From assembly GCA_016183025.1 (NCBI GenBank), contig JACPFL010000109.1:1-55339 (forward strand): DNA of 55,339 bases, given 5' to 3'. A program made the translations under genes and the position numbers. The stretch comes from Deltaproteobacteria bacterium (GTDB taxonomy: Bacteria > Desulfobacterota > JACPFL01). The notes under the pieces were generated by a model. The model was given only the letters and a program-made list of their open reading frames with translations. It was not told where the DNA came from and made no database searches. Below, piece by piece: positions 16,645 to 26,143 of the stretch (position 1 is its first letter; every line of letters starts with the position of its first letter).

Positions 16645-17529
16645 CTACCCCTGGTAGCCGGGCCCGAGCCCGGTCAGGCCCTCCAGGGCCTGGCGGCTCA
16701 GCACCTCGACCATGTCCCGCTTGTACCCGGCCGACGCCCAGGGGTCATCCCAGGGCGCGGTCCCCGCGGCGGCCGCGGCCCCGACCTGTCGCAGCAGCTC
16801 CGGCGTGGCGCGCTTCCCGCGGAGCAGGTCCTCCGCCCGCCGCGCCCGGAGCGGCGTGGGGGAGACGCCACCGAGGACGATGTGGACCTCCTCGACGGGG
16901 GCGCCATCGCCGCCACGGATGGCCACGGCGATCCCCACAATGGCCATGCTGCTCTTGGCCTTCTGCCCCACGAACTTGATGTAGCTCCCCCGCAGCGGGC
17001 GGCCGTGTCCGGGCAGGCGGATCTCGGTGAGGAGCTCGTCGGGCGCCAACACGCTCTTGAAGGCATCGCTGAAGAACTGCTCCACGGGCAGGGTCCGGGT
17101 CCCACCCCGGGCCGCGATCACCACCTCCGCCCCCAGGGTGATCAGCACCGGCGCGGTGTCGATGGCCGGATGCGCGTAGCAGAGGCTGCCCCCGATGGTC
17201 CCGGAGTTGCGCACCCGCACCGAGCCGATGTTGGCCGCGGTCGTGGCGAGCTGCGGGCAACGCTCGCGGACGAGCGGATGGGTCGCCACCGCCCCATGGG
17301 TCATGAGGGCGCCGAGGCGCAGCCCGCCGCCCGGCATGGGGTCCGCGGTACCGAGCGCGGCCGGCAGGCTCTGGAGCGTGACCAGCACGCGCGGGCTGAC
17401 GATCCGTCGCTTCAGGAAGTAGACGAGGCTGTTCCCGCCGGCGATCACCCTGGCGTCCTCCCCGTGGCGGCCGAGGATCTCGCAGACTTCCCCGACGCTC
17501 ACGGGCTCCGCGTACTCGAATGGCCTCAT
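16645..17529 (-). CDS. FAD-binding medium subunit (CoxM-like, 294 aa)
   Basis: 'ARVIAGGNSL', 'VRNSGTIGGSL' and a CO-dehydrogenase flavoprotein C-terminal-like tail. Confidence 0.88.
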   Translation of the reverse strand: MRPFEYAEPVSVGEVCEILGRHGEDARVIAGGNSLVYFLKRRIVSPRVLVTLQSLPAALGTADPMPGGGLRLGALMTHGAVATHPLVRERCPQLATTAANIGSVRVRNSGTIGGSLCYAHPAIDTAPVLITLGAEVVIAARGGTRTLPVEQFFSDAFKSVLAPDELLTEIRLPGHGRPLRGSYIKFVGQKAKSSMAIVGIAVAIRGGDGAPVEEVHIVLGGVSPTPLRARRAEDLLRGKRATPELLRQVGAAAAAGTAPWDDPWASAGYKRDMVEVLSRQALEGLTGLGPGYQG

Positions 17530-19874
17530 CCCCTGCCCCCATCCTGTGCCCGTTCTCCCCGGCTGATCAGGCGGCGGAGACGCTCAGGGGAGAGCGGGAC
17601 CTCCGTGATCCGCACGCCGAATGGGGCCAGCGCGTCCTCTACGGCCGCGGCGATGGCGGCCGGCGCCGGGATCGTTCCTCCCTCCCCGGCCCCCTTCACG
17701 CCGAGAGGGTTCAGGGGCGACAGAGTCTCCACGTGGTCCAGGAGGATCTCGGGCACCTCCGCGGCGGACGGCAGCAGGTAATCCATGAAGGTCGAGGTCA
17801 GCAGCTGCCCTGACCCGTCGTACACCGGCTCCTCGAGCAGGGCGTTGCCGATCCCGTGAGCCACCCCCCCGCAGACCTGCCCCTCCACGATCATCGGGTT
17901 GATCATCCGGCCGCAGTCGTGGATGGCCCCGTATTTGAGGACCTTCACCATCCCGGTCTCCACGTCCACCTCGACCACCGCCGCGTGCGTGCCGCTCGCG
18001 TAGGCGGCCTGGGCGGGGGTGAAGTAGGAGGTCGCCTCCAGGGAGGTCTCCACGCCCTCCGGCATGGGCGAGCCCGGACCCGGCACCGCCCCCGCCGCCA
18101 CGCGCGCCACCTGGCCCAGCGGCACCCCCTTCTCCGGCACGCCCCTGACCTGGACCCTCCCGCTGATCAGATCGAGGTCCTCCACCCGGGCCTCGAGCAG
18201 GTAGGCGCCCGCACGCAGGGCCCGCGCCCGCACCTCTGTCGCGGCCGCCGTCACGGCGTTGGCCGCCACCGTGGCGATGCGGCTGGCGAAGGTCCCGGTC
18301 CCCTGCGGGATCCCCGCGGTGTCGCCGGTGACGACCGTGATCTCCTCCAGCTCGACCCCGAGCGCATCCGCGCAGACCTGGGCCAGCATCGTCTCATGGC
18401 CCTGGCCCTGGGGCGAAGCGCCCGTGTAGAGGTAGACCCGGCCCGAGGGGTCCACCCGAACGGTCGCGCCCTCATGGGGGCCCAGGCCGGTGGCCTCCAC
18501 GCAGCAGGCCATTCCAACCCCGAGGTAGCGTGCCTCGGCGCGCAGGCGCTCCTGCTCTTTCCGGACCTCTTCGTAGCCGATGAGCCTCAGGGCCCGGGTC
18601 AGGCCTTCCGGGTAGTTGCCGCTGTCGTAGGTCTGTAGCCTGCCGTCCCGGGAACGCAGCCCGACGACGTACGGGAACTCGTGGGGCGGGATGAAGTTCC
18701 GAAACCGGACCTCCGCCGGGTCCAGCCCGAGCTCCCGAGCGACCCGGTCCACCATCCGCTCCATCACGAAGACCGCCTGCGGTCGGCCCGCCCCACGCAC
18801 GGGGGCTGAGGGGACGGTGTTGGTGTACACGACCGTGACCTCGAACCGGTAGTTCGGGATCTTGTAGGGCCCGGGGACCATGGTCGCGGTGAGCACGGGG
18901 ACCACGATCCCCCATGGCGTGTAGGCCCCCTGATCCGCGACGAACCGGTCCCGCACCGCGAGGATCCGACCGTCCCGGCGGACGGCCACCTCGACCTCGT
19001 GGACCTGTCCTCGCTCCTGGATGGCGGTCTGCAGGTGCTCGCGCCGGTCCTCCACCCACTTGACGGGGCGGCCCAGCCGGATGGCCAGGAACGGAACCAG
19101 GAACTCCTCGGGGTAAAAGACCCCCTTGGAGCCGAAGCCCCCGCCGACATCGGGGGCGATGATCCGGATCTGCGCCTCGGTCAGGTTCAGGAGCGGGGCC
19201 AGGCCGCGGCGGATCAGGTGTGGGGTCTGGGTCGAGGACCAGACCGTGAGGGCCTGGAGGAGCGGGTCGTACGCGGCGAGCACCGCCCGGGCCTCGATGG
19301 ACTGGCCGCTTCCGCGAAGGACCCGGAACCGTTCCCGGAACACATGGTCCGCCTCGCGGAAGGCCCGCTCCACATCGCCGGTCTCCTGCTCCAGATGGGC
19401 CGCCACGTTGGTCCCGAGCTCCTCGTGCACGAGGGGGGCATCGGCTGCGAGCGCCCGCTCCGGGTCCACCACCGGCGGGAGCGGCTCGTACTCCACCCGG
19501 ATCAGATCCAGGGCGTCCTCTGCGGCGTACCGCTCCTCGGCCACCACGACGGCCACGGGCTCCCCCACGTAGTGGACCATCCCCGGCGCCAGGGGGAACT
19601 CCTGGGCGGCCTTCAGCGCGGGGTGGGGGACCGGCAGCGGAAGCGGGCCCGCTGGCTGGAGGTCCTCAAAGGCGAGGGCGAGGAGCACGCCCGGGCTCTG
19701 CCGTGCCGCCGTGAGGTCCACGGCCCGGATGCGGGCGCGGGCATAGGGGCTGCGCAGGATCGCGGCGTGGACCATGCCGGGCCGCGCCAGGTCGGCCACG
19801 TAAGCCCCCTCGCCCGTGATCAGGCGCCGGTCCTCCCGGCGCTTGATCCGGGCCCCGACGAAGCGTGCCGCCAT
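17526..19874 (-). CDS. Xanthine dehydrogenase-family molybdopterin large subunit, CoxL form-II-like (782 aa)
   Basis: 'RIKRREDRRLITGEGAYVADL', 'GGGFGSKG', the loop 'PVRGAGRPQ' (an AYRGAGR-type variant) and 'GVKGAGEGG'. Confidence 0.9.
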   Translation of the reverse strand: MAARFVGARIKRREDRRLITGEGAYVADLARPGMVHAAILRSPYARARIRAVDLTAARQSPGVLLALAFEDLQPAGPLPLPVPHPALKAAQEFPLAPGMVHYVGEPVAVVVAEERYAAEDALDLIRVEYEPLPPVVDPERALAADAPLVHEELGTNVAAHLEQETGDVERAFREADHVFRERFRVLRGSGQSIEARAVLAAYDPLLQALTVWSSTQTPHLIRRGLAPLLNLTEAQIRIIAPDVGGGFGSKGVFYPEEFLVPFLAIRLGRPVKWVEDRREHLQTAIQERGQVHEVEVAVRRDGRILAVRDRFVADQGAYTPWGIVVPVLTATMVPGPYKIPNYRFEVTVVYTNTVPSAPVRGAGRPQAVFVMERMVDRVARELGLDPAEVRFRNFIPPHEFPYVVGLRSRDGRLQTYDSGNYPEGLTRALRLIGYEEVRKEQERLRAEARYLGVGMACCVEATGLGPHEGATVRVDPSGRVYLYTGASPQGQGHETMLAQVCADALGVELEEITVVTGDTAGIPQGTGTFASRIATVAANAVTAAATEVRARALRAGAYLLEARVEDLDLISGRVQVRGVPEKGVPLGQVARVAAGAVPGPGSPMPEGVETSLEATSYFTPAQAAYASGTHAAVVEVDVETGMVKVLKYGAIHDCGRMINPMIVEGQVCGGVAHGIGNALLEEPVYDGSGQLLTSTFMDYLLPSAAEVPEILLDHVETLSPLNPLGVKGAGEGGTIPAPAAIAAAVEDALAPFGVRITEVPLSPERLRRLISRGERAQDGGRG

Positions 19875-19891
19875 GGGCTGCGCCCGGGTCG

Positions 19892-21073
19892 CTACCGCGG
19901 CCTGGTGTCGAACTTCTTGACGATCTGTCGCTTGCCGCCCTTGATCTGCACGATGTACATGTGCGGGTAGGCCTGGTTGTTCGCGTCGAACTGGATGCGG
20001 GCCCCCGACAGCGCGATGTAGTCGGTCTTCTTCAGGGCATCCCGGACCGCCGTGCGGAACCCCTGGAGATCCCGCATGAGGGCGCGGAGCCGCTCCGGGC
20101 TTCCGTCCGCGGCCCGCTTGATGGCCTCGGCCAGGACGTAGATGTCGTCATAGCCCGCCTGCGCGTACTCGTCCGGCAGGTCCGCCCCGGGCCGCATCTT
20201 CTTCCAGTCCTCGACGAACTTCCTGCTCCGCGCGTTGTCGACGGCGGGCTCCCATCGGGTGAGGACGTACATCCCCTCGGCCGCGCCCTCGGCCAGCTCA
20301 ATGAACTTGTCCGTCACCTGGCCGTCGGAGCCCAGGAGCATCACCTTCATCCCGAGGTCGCGGATCTGCTTGACCATGGCCGCCCCGGGCCGGCTCACCT
20401 CGACCATGTCGATGGCCTCGGGGCTGGTGGCCTTGATCTTGGTCAGGTACGACGTGTAATCGCTCTCGCCGGGCTTGGCGAACTCCTCGGCCAAGACCGT
20501 GCCGCCGAGCTTCAGGAGGTTCTCCTTGTAGGCCTTGATGGTCTCGCGGCCCCAGTCGTCGTTCCGGGCCAGAAAGGCCACCCGCTTCACCTTCAGATCC
20601 TTCACCCAGAATTCCACGAACCCCGGGGCCTCGATGTCCGAATGGTGGGAGGCGCGGAACAGCCACTTGTATCCGCGGCGGGTCAGCGAGGCGGCGGTCG
20701 AGATCGCCGTCACCGTGGGGACCCCCACCTTCTCGATCTCCGGGATGGCGGCGAAGGTCGAGGAGGAAAACCAGCAGCACTCCAGGGCGTGCACCTGGTC
20801 CTGGTGGACGAGCTTCTTGATCGCATTCAGGGCCTCGGCCGGGATCCCACGGCTGTCCTCCTCGATGAGCTTGATCGGATGCCCCAGGATGCCCCCGGCG
20901 TCGTTGATCTGCTTGACCGCGACCCGCGCGGCGTACACGGTCATCAGGCCGTCGAAGGAGAACGGCCCGGTGATCATGGCCACCAGGCCGATCTTGATCT
21001 CCTGGCCCTGCCCGGCCCCCGTCCAGGCGACCAGGGCGGCGGCCACGACCACGATGGCGAGCAGCCTCTTCAT
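19892..21073 (-). CDS. Liv-type periplasmic substrate-binding protein (393 aa)
   Basis: ATG at 21073. Signal peptide 'MKRLLAIVVVAAALVAWTGAGQG'. 'IKIGLVAMITGPFSFDGLMTVYAARVAVKQINDAGGILGHPIKL'. Confidence 0.9.
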   Translation of the reverse strand: MKRLLAIVVVAAALVAWTGAGQGQEIKIGLVAMITGPFSFDGLMTVYAARVAVKQINDAGGILGHPIKLIEEDSRGIPAEALNAIKKLVHQDQVHALECCWFSSSTFAAIPEIEKVGVPTVTAISTAASLTRRGYKWLFRASHHSDIEAPGFVEFWVKDLKVKRVAFLARNDDWGRETIKAYKENLLKLGGTVLAEEFAKPGESDYTSYLTKIKATSPEAIDMVEVSRPGAAMVKQIRDLGMKVMLLGSDGQVTDKFIELAEGAAEGMYVLTRWEPAVDNARSRKFVEDWKKMRPGADLPDEYAQAGYDDIYVLAEAIKRAADGSPERLRALMRDLQGFRTAVRDALKKTDYIALSGARIQFDANNQAYPHMYIVQIKGGKRQIVKKFDTRPR

Positions 21074-21159
21074 CCTATCCCTCCTCGCCCGGGCTCCACT
21101 TCGGCCCGGGTCACGATCCCTCACGTGCCCGCACCAGGCGTCGGGGCCGGGCGAGCCTG

Positions 21160-21864
21160 TCACAGCCCCAGATACGCCCTCTTGACCAGCGCGTTCCGGA
21201 CCAGGTTTGCGGCCGCGTCCTCGAGCACGATCCGCCCCGTCTCCAGCACATACCCCCGGCCCGCGATCCCCAGCGCAAGCTGGGCCTTCTGCTCCACCAG
21301 CAGGATCGTCACCCCCTGCTTGTGGATGTCCTGGATGATCTGGGCGACCCTGGTGACGATCCGCGGGGAGAGGCCGAGGGAAGGCTCGTCCAGCAAGAGG
21401 AGCTTCGGGTTGGACATCAGCCCCCGCCCGACAGCCAGCATCTGCTGCTCCCCTCCGGAGAGCGTCCCCGCGAGCTGCTGTCGGCGCTCGGCCAGGATGG
21501 GGAAGGAGTCGAAGACCCGTTCGAGGCCCCGACGGAACTGCGCCTTGTCCCTGATCAGGTACCCCCCCAGCCGCAGGTTCTCCAGCACGGTGAGGTCGGG
21601 GAAGATGCGGCGCCCCTCGGGGATGTGGGCGATCCCCCGGGCCAGGATCCGGTGAGGCGGCAGGCCGGTGATGACCTCTCCCTCGAACTCGATCCTGCCC
21701 GCCGAGGCGGGGACCAGGCCCGAGATGGCCTTCAGGGTCGTGCTCTTGCCCGCCCCGTTCGCGCCGATCAGCGTGACGATCTCCCCCTCGCTCACGCTGA
21801 GGGAGATCCCCTTCAGGGCCCGCACGGCCCCGTAGCGCGCCTCCAGGGCCTCAACCTGCAGCAT
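21160..21864 (-). CDS. livF: Liv-type ABC ATP-binding protein, LivF class (234 aa)
   Basis: 'GANGAGKSTTLKAISG', 'LSGGEQQMLAVGRGL', 'LLLLDEPSLGL' and the ending 'KRAYLGL'. Confidence 0.92.
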   Translation of the reverse strand: MLQVEALEARYGAVRALKGISLSVSEGEIVTLIGANGAGKSTTLKAISGLVPASAGRIEFEGEVITGLPPHRILARGIAHIPEGRRIFPDLTVLENLRLGGYLIRDKAQFRRGLERVFDSFPILAERRQQLAGTLSGGEQQMLAVGRGLMSNPKLLLLDEPSLGLSPRIVTRVAQIIQDIHKQGVTILLVEQKAQLALGIAGRGYVLETGRIVLEDAAANLVRNALVKRAYLGL

Positions 21865-22636
21865 CGAGGGCCTCGTCCTGCCCCTCGCCCAGGTAGACCT
21901 CGATGACCTTGGGGTCGAGGGCCACCTGTTCCGGCGTCCCCTCGGCGATCTTCTGGCCGTAGTCGAGGACCACGATCCGCTGGCAGACCCCCATCACCAG
22001 CTTCATGTCATGCTCGACCAGCACGACGGTCATCCCCTGCTCGTTCATCTTGCGGATCAGGGCGTCCATGCGGCCGATCTCCTCGAGGTTGAGCCCGGCT
22101 GCCGGCTCGTCCAGCAGGAGGAGCTTCGGGTCGCCGGCCAGGGCCACGGCGATCTCCAGCTTCCGCTGTTCCCCGTAGGGGAGCCCCCGGGCCTGCGCGT
22201 CGCGGCGGGGGGTCAGCTCCACGAGGTCCAGGATCTCCTGGACCCTGCGCGCCAGGGCCGCCTCCTCGTCCCGCCTGGCCGCCGTGTTGAGCAGGGCCGC
22301 CCAGAACCCGGTGCGCGTGGCCGAGTGGGCCCCGATCGCGACGTTGCGCCAGACCGGCAGCCGGGGGAAGATGCTCGTCCTCTGATAGGTCCGGAGGATC
22401 CCCCGGGCGGCGATCTCATGGGGCGGGAGGTGGGTGATCTCCTCGCCCCTGTACCGGACGGTGCCGCGGTCGGGCTTGAGGAAGCCGGTGACGAGATTGA
22501 AGACGGTCGTCTTCCCCGCCCCGTTGGGGCCGATCAGCCCGAGGATCTCGCCCGGCTCGATGGTGAGGTCCACCCCGTTGACGGCGACCAGGCCGCCGAA
22601 GCTGACCGTGAGCCCTCGGCCCTCAAGCAACGGCAC
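21851..22636 (-). CDS. livG: Liv-type ABC ATP-binding protein, LivG class (261 aa)
   Basis: 'GPNGAGKTTVFNLVTGFLKP', 'LPYGEQRKLEIAVAL', 'LLLLDEPAAGLN'. Confidence 0.92.
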   Translation of the reverse strand: MPLLEGRGLTVSFGGLVAVNGVDLTIEPGEILGLIGPNGAGKTTVFNLVTGFLKPDRGTVRYRGEEITHLPPHEIAARGILRTYQRTSIFPRLPVWRNVAIGAHSATRTGFWAALLNTAARRDEEAALARRVQEILDLVELTPRRDAQARGLPYGEQRKLEIAVALAGDPKLLLLDEPAAGLNLEEIGRMDALIRKMNEQGMTVVLVEHDMKLVMGVCQRIVVLDYGQKIAEGTPEQVALDPKVIEVYLGEGQDEALDAAG

Positions 22637-23582
22637 GGCGCCTCCGCACCAGTCCCCCGGCGCGTTCCAGGACCCCGTTGATCCCCTCGGGCATGAAGAT
22701 CACGGAGAGCACGAGCAGCAGCCCGAAGATCGACATCCGGTACATCTGCGTCCCGCGCAGGATCTCGGGGAGCAGGGCGAAGATGAGGGCGCCGACCACG
22801 GTGCCCCGGATGCTCCCCTGCCCGCCCACGACCACCATGATGATGACAGTATACGAATAGAAAAACGAAAGCAATTCAGGGGAGACGTACCCGACGTAGT
22901 GCGCGTAGAGGCTCCCGGCGATCCCCGCGTAGGTCATGCCGATCACGAAGGCCAGCATCTTGTAGTGGAAGGTGTTCACCCCCACGGACGCCGCCAGGTC
23001 GTCGTTCTCCCGGATGGCCAGGAAGGCGTTCCCCACCCGGGAGCCGATGATGCGGGTGGTGACGAAGATGCAGGCGAGCGCCGCGGCCAGGACGAGGTAG
23101 TAGTTCGACAGCTCGCTCTCGAAGCGGAAGCTGAACAGTCCCGGGACCTCCAGGCTGGCCCGCTTCACCCCGGGGAGCCCCATCGGCCCCCGGGTCAGCT
23201 CCACCCAGTTCAGGGCCACGAGCTGGAGGATCTCGGCGAACCCGAAGGTCACGATGGCGAAGTATGGCCCCTTGAGCTTGAGGCAGGGGTACCCGATCAG
23301 CAGCCCCGCCACCGCGCTCAGGACCACGGCCGCCAGAAAGTCCACGAGGAAGGGCGTGTCGAAGGTCAGGTTCAGGATGGCCGAGGTGTAGGCGCCGATC
23401 CCGAAGAACGCCGCATGGCCCAGGGAGAGCTCGCCCAGGTACCCCACTACCATGTCGAACCCCAGGGCCAGCAGGACGAAGAGCCCGGCCAGCACCAGCA
23501 CGCCGATGTGGTAGGGCTCGGTGAGGACGAGCGGGACGACCACCGCCACGGCGAGCACGACCAGGCGGCCCGGGCTCCTCAT
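22623..23582 (-). CDS. livM: Liv-type ABC permease, LivM class (319 aa)
   Basis: Polytopic hydrophobic ORF. 'GYLGELSLGHAAFFGIGAYTSA' is a typical LivM motif. Confidence 0.9.
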   Translation of the reverse strand: MRSPGRLVVLAVAVVVPLVLTEPYHIGVLVLAGLFVLLALGFDMVVGYLGELSLGHAAFFGIGAYTSAILNLTFDTPFLVDFLAAVVLSAVAGLLIGYPCLKLKGPYFAIVTFGFAEILQLVALNWVELTRGPMGLPGVKRASLEVPGLFSFRFESELSNYYLVLAAALACIFVTTRIIGSRVGNAFLAIRENDDLAASVGVNTFHYKMLAFVIGMTYAGIAGSLYAHYVGYVSPELLSFFYSYTVIIMVVVGGQGSIRGTVVGALIFALLPEILRGTQMYRMSIFGLLLVLSVIFMPEGINGVLERAGGLVRRRRAVA

Positions 23583-23592
23583 GCCGGGCTCC

Positions 23593-24465
23593 TCATGCCG
23601 GGCTCCGCCCGCCGAACAGCCCCTGGGGACGGAAGAGCAGGACCAGGATGATGATGGCGTAGCCGACCGCGTCCTTGTATCCCGTGGAGATGTATCCGGC
23701 CCCGAGGTTCTCGGCGATGCCCAGGATCAGCCCCCCCCAGATGGCGCCCTGGACGTTCCCCATCCCGCCCATGATGACAACGGAGAAGGCCTTGATCACC
23801 CCCCATTCACCGACGAAGGGCGTGATCCCGAACAGGGCCCCGAGCAGGGTGCCGGCCAGGGCCGCCAGGCCCGCGCCGAACGCGAAGGTGAACGCATAGA
23901 CGCCGCGGACGTCGATCCCCATCAGCGCGGCGGCCTCCGCATCCCTGGCGACGGCCCGCATGGCGGTCCCCAGCCTGGTCCGGCGGATGAACCGGCTCAC
24001 CAGGACGATGCTGGCCACGGAGCAGCCCAGGATGAAGAGCCGCTCATGGGTGACGACGACCCCGCCGAGGGAGAGGGTCTTGCCGGCCAGGGGGGATTCG
24101 ATGCGCTGGGGGTCGGGGCCCCACACGATCTGGGTCGTGTTGGCGAGAAAGATGGAGAGCCCGAGGGTCGAGAGCATGAGGATGAAGGCATGCCGCCCGA
24201 TCAGGGGGTGGACGGTCAGATACTCCGAGAGGACCCCGAGGGCTGCCACGAGGAGCATGGAGAGCGCCATGGCCACGAAGAAGTTCAGGTCCGTCACGGT
24301 CAGGAGGGTGAAGGTCATGTACCCGCCCAGCATGTAGAACTCTCCCTGGGCGAAGTTGATCACACCGAGGATGCCGAAGATGAGGGTGAGGCCGATCGCG
24401 ATCAGGGAGTAGACGACCCCGATCGTCACGCCATTGGCGACCTGCTGGAGGAAGGTTTCGACCAT
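23593..24465 (-). CDS. livH: Liv-type ABC permease, LivH class (290 aa)
   Basis: 'QQVANGVTIGVVYSLIAIGLTLIFGILGVINFAQGEFYMLGGY' is the canonical LivH N-terminus. Confidence 0.92.
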   Translation of the reverse strand: MVETFLQQVANGVTIGVVYSLIAIGLTLIFGILGVINFAQGEFYMLGGYMTFTLLTVTDLNFFVAMALSMLLVAALGVLSEYLTVHPLIGRHAFILMLSTLGLSIFLANTTQIVWGPDPQRIESPLAGKTLSLGGVVVTHERLFILGCSVASIVLVSRFIRRTRLGTAMRAVARDAEAAALMGIDVRGVYAFTFAFGAGLAALAGTLLGALFGITPFVGEWGVIKAFSVVIMGGMGNVQGAIWGGLILGIAENLGAGYISTGYKDAVGYAIIILVLLFRPQGLFGGRSPA

Positions 24466-24519
24466 GGGACCACACGGCCGTCGCCGAAGCCACGGACGGA
24501 CCGGGAGCGCGCGAGCCTC

Positions 24520-25227
24520 TCAGGCGCTGCCGAGGTAGGCCCGTTTCACGTGCTCGTTCTCCAGCAGCGCGCGGGCGGGGCCCTCCAGCACGATCCGTCC
24601 CGTCTCCAGCACATAGGCCCGGTGGGCCAGGTTCAGGGCCAGGAAGGCGTTCTGCTCGACCAGCAGCACCGTCGCGCCTCGCTCGTGGATCCCCTGGATG
24701 ATCCTGGCCATCAGCTCCACCACCAGCGGGGCCAGGCCGAGGGAGGGCTCGTCGAACATGACCAGCTTCGGCTGCGACATCAGCGCCCGCCCGATCGCCA
24801 GCATCTGCTGCTCGCCCCCGGAGAGCGTCCCGCCGAGCTGCCGCCGGCGCTCTCGTAACACCGGGAAGACCGTGAACATCTGCTCCATGTCGGCCCGGAC
24901 CCCGCTCCGGTCACCCCGGAGGAACGCCCCGAGCTCCAGGTGCTCCTCCACCGTGAGCCGAGGCCAGATCTTCCGCTCCTCCGGGCAGTGGGAGATGCCC
25001 AGGCGCACGATCTCCTTGGGCGGCAGCCCGTCGATGCGGCGGTCGAGGAACTCGATGGCGCCGTCCGCCGGCGTGATCAGGCCGGAGATGGTCCGGAGGG
25101 TCGTGGACTTGCCGGCCCCGTTCGAGCCGATCAGCGCGATGATCTCCCTCTCGTTGACCTCCAGGGAGATCCCCTTCAGGGCCTCCACCCGGCCATAATA
25201 GCTGCGGATGCCGCGGACCTTCAGCAT
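24520..25227 (-). CDS. livF: Second LivF-class ABC ATP-binding protein (235 aa)
   Basis: ATG at 25227 after GGGAGGGAG. 'GSNGAGKSTTLRTISG', 'LSGGEQQMLAIGRAL', 'KRAYLGSA'. Confidence 0.9.
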   Translation of the reverse strand: MLKVRGIRSYYGRVEALKGISLEVNEREIIALIGSNGAGKSTTLRTISGLITPADGAIEFLDRRIDGLPPKEIVRLGISHCPEERKIWPRLTVEEHLELGAFLRGDRSGVRADMEQMFTVFPVLRERRRQLGGTLSGGEQQMLAIGRALMSQPKLVMFDEPSLGLAPLVVELMARIIQGIHERGATVLLVEQNAFLALNLAHRAYVLETGRIVLEGPARALLENEHVKRAYLGSA

Positions 25228-26135
25228 GGGCGGGCGCTCCCTCCCGGTCCCCGGCCCGCGGCCGATGGCTTCTGCGGCGTCTCGACCGGCTCGCCGGCGG
25301 GCCGGAGCCGCTCGCCCCCGGAGGAGGCGGGCCCACGGGCACCGGCCACGGCCGTCCCCCCGCGCGTCCCACCGGCGAAGCCCGCGCCCAGATAGGCGCG
25401 GATCACATCCGCGTTCTGCCGGATCTCGTCGGGCACGCCCTCGGCGATCTTCTCCCCATGATCCAGCACCACGACCCGGTCTGAGATCCCCATGACCACG
25501 TTCATGTCGTGCTCGACCAGGAGCACGGTCACGCCCTTGGCGCGGATCTGGCCGATCAGGTACGTGACGCGGCGCGTCTCCTCGGGGTTCATCCCCGCGG
25601 TCGGCTCGTCGAGGAGCAGCAGTTCGGGGTCCGCAGCCAGGGCCACCGCGATCTCCAGGAGCCGCAGGTCCCCGTAAGCCAGGTTCCGGGCGACCTCGCC
25701 CTCCTTGCCCGCGAGCCCCACGAACCCGATGATCTCCCGGGCGCGGTCGGCCACCCGCTCCTCGTGCGCCCGTTTTCGGCGGGTGCCGAGCAGCACATCC
25801 CACACCGGGGCCCGGGCGGCCTTGTGCAGGCCGATCAGCACCCCCGTGAGCACCGTGACCTCGGGGAAGACCTCGGTCTTCTGAAACGTGCGGGCGATGC
25901 CGCGGCGGGAGGCCTCGTGGCCCGGGCTCCCGCCGAGGTCACGGCCCCGGTAGAAGACCCGGCCTCTCGTGGGCCGGAGGAATCCGGTCATGAGGTTGAA
26001 GACCGTGGTCTTGCCGGCCCCGTTCGGCCCGATCAGGCTGACGATCTCCCCCTCGTCGACGTGGAAGGAGACGTCCCGCAGCGCGGCGAGCCCGCCGAAG
26101 TAGATCGTCAGGCCTTGCACATCGAGCAATTTCAT
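25221..26135 (-). CDS. livG: Second LivG-class ABC ATP-binding protein with about 55-aa low-complexity C-terminal tail (304 aa)
   Basis: Start at MKLLDVQG (26135). 'GPNGAGKTTVFNLMTGFLRP', 'LAYGDLRLLEIAVAL'. After the usual 'AYLG' end it continues Gly/Ala/Arg/Pro-rich to the stop at 25221. Confidence 0.85.
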   Translation of the reverse strand: MKLLDVQGLTIYFGGLAALRDVSFHVDEGEIVSLIGPNGAGKTTVFNLMTGFLRPTRGRVFYRGRDLGGSPGHEASRRGIARTFQKTEVFPEVTVLTGVLIGLHKAARAPVWDVLLGTRRKRAHEERVADRAREIIGFVGLAGKEGEVARNLAYGDLRLLEIAVALAADPELLLLDEPTAGMNPEETRRVTYLIGQIRAKGVTVLLVEHDMNVVMGISDRVVVLDHGEKIAEGVPDEIRQNADVIRAYLGAGFAGGTRGGTAVAGARGPASSGGERLRPAGEPVETPQKPSAAGRGPGGSARPC

Positions 26136-26143
26136 GGGGCGCA

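Noticed and set aside
25221-25385. The LivG2 C-terminal extension, considered as evidence of another frameshift.
   Set aside because: The canonical LivG sequence is complete up to AYLG in the same frame. The extension simply continues to the first stop, so no frame change is needed. It is kept as an observation only.
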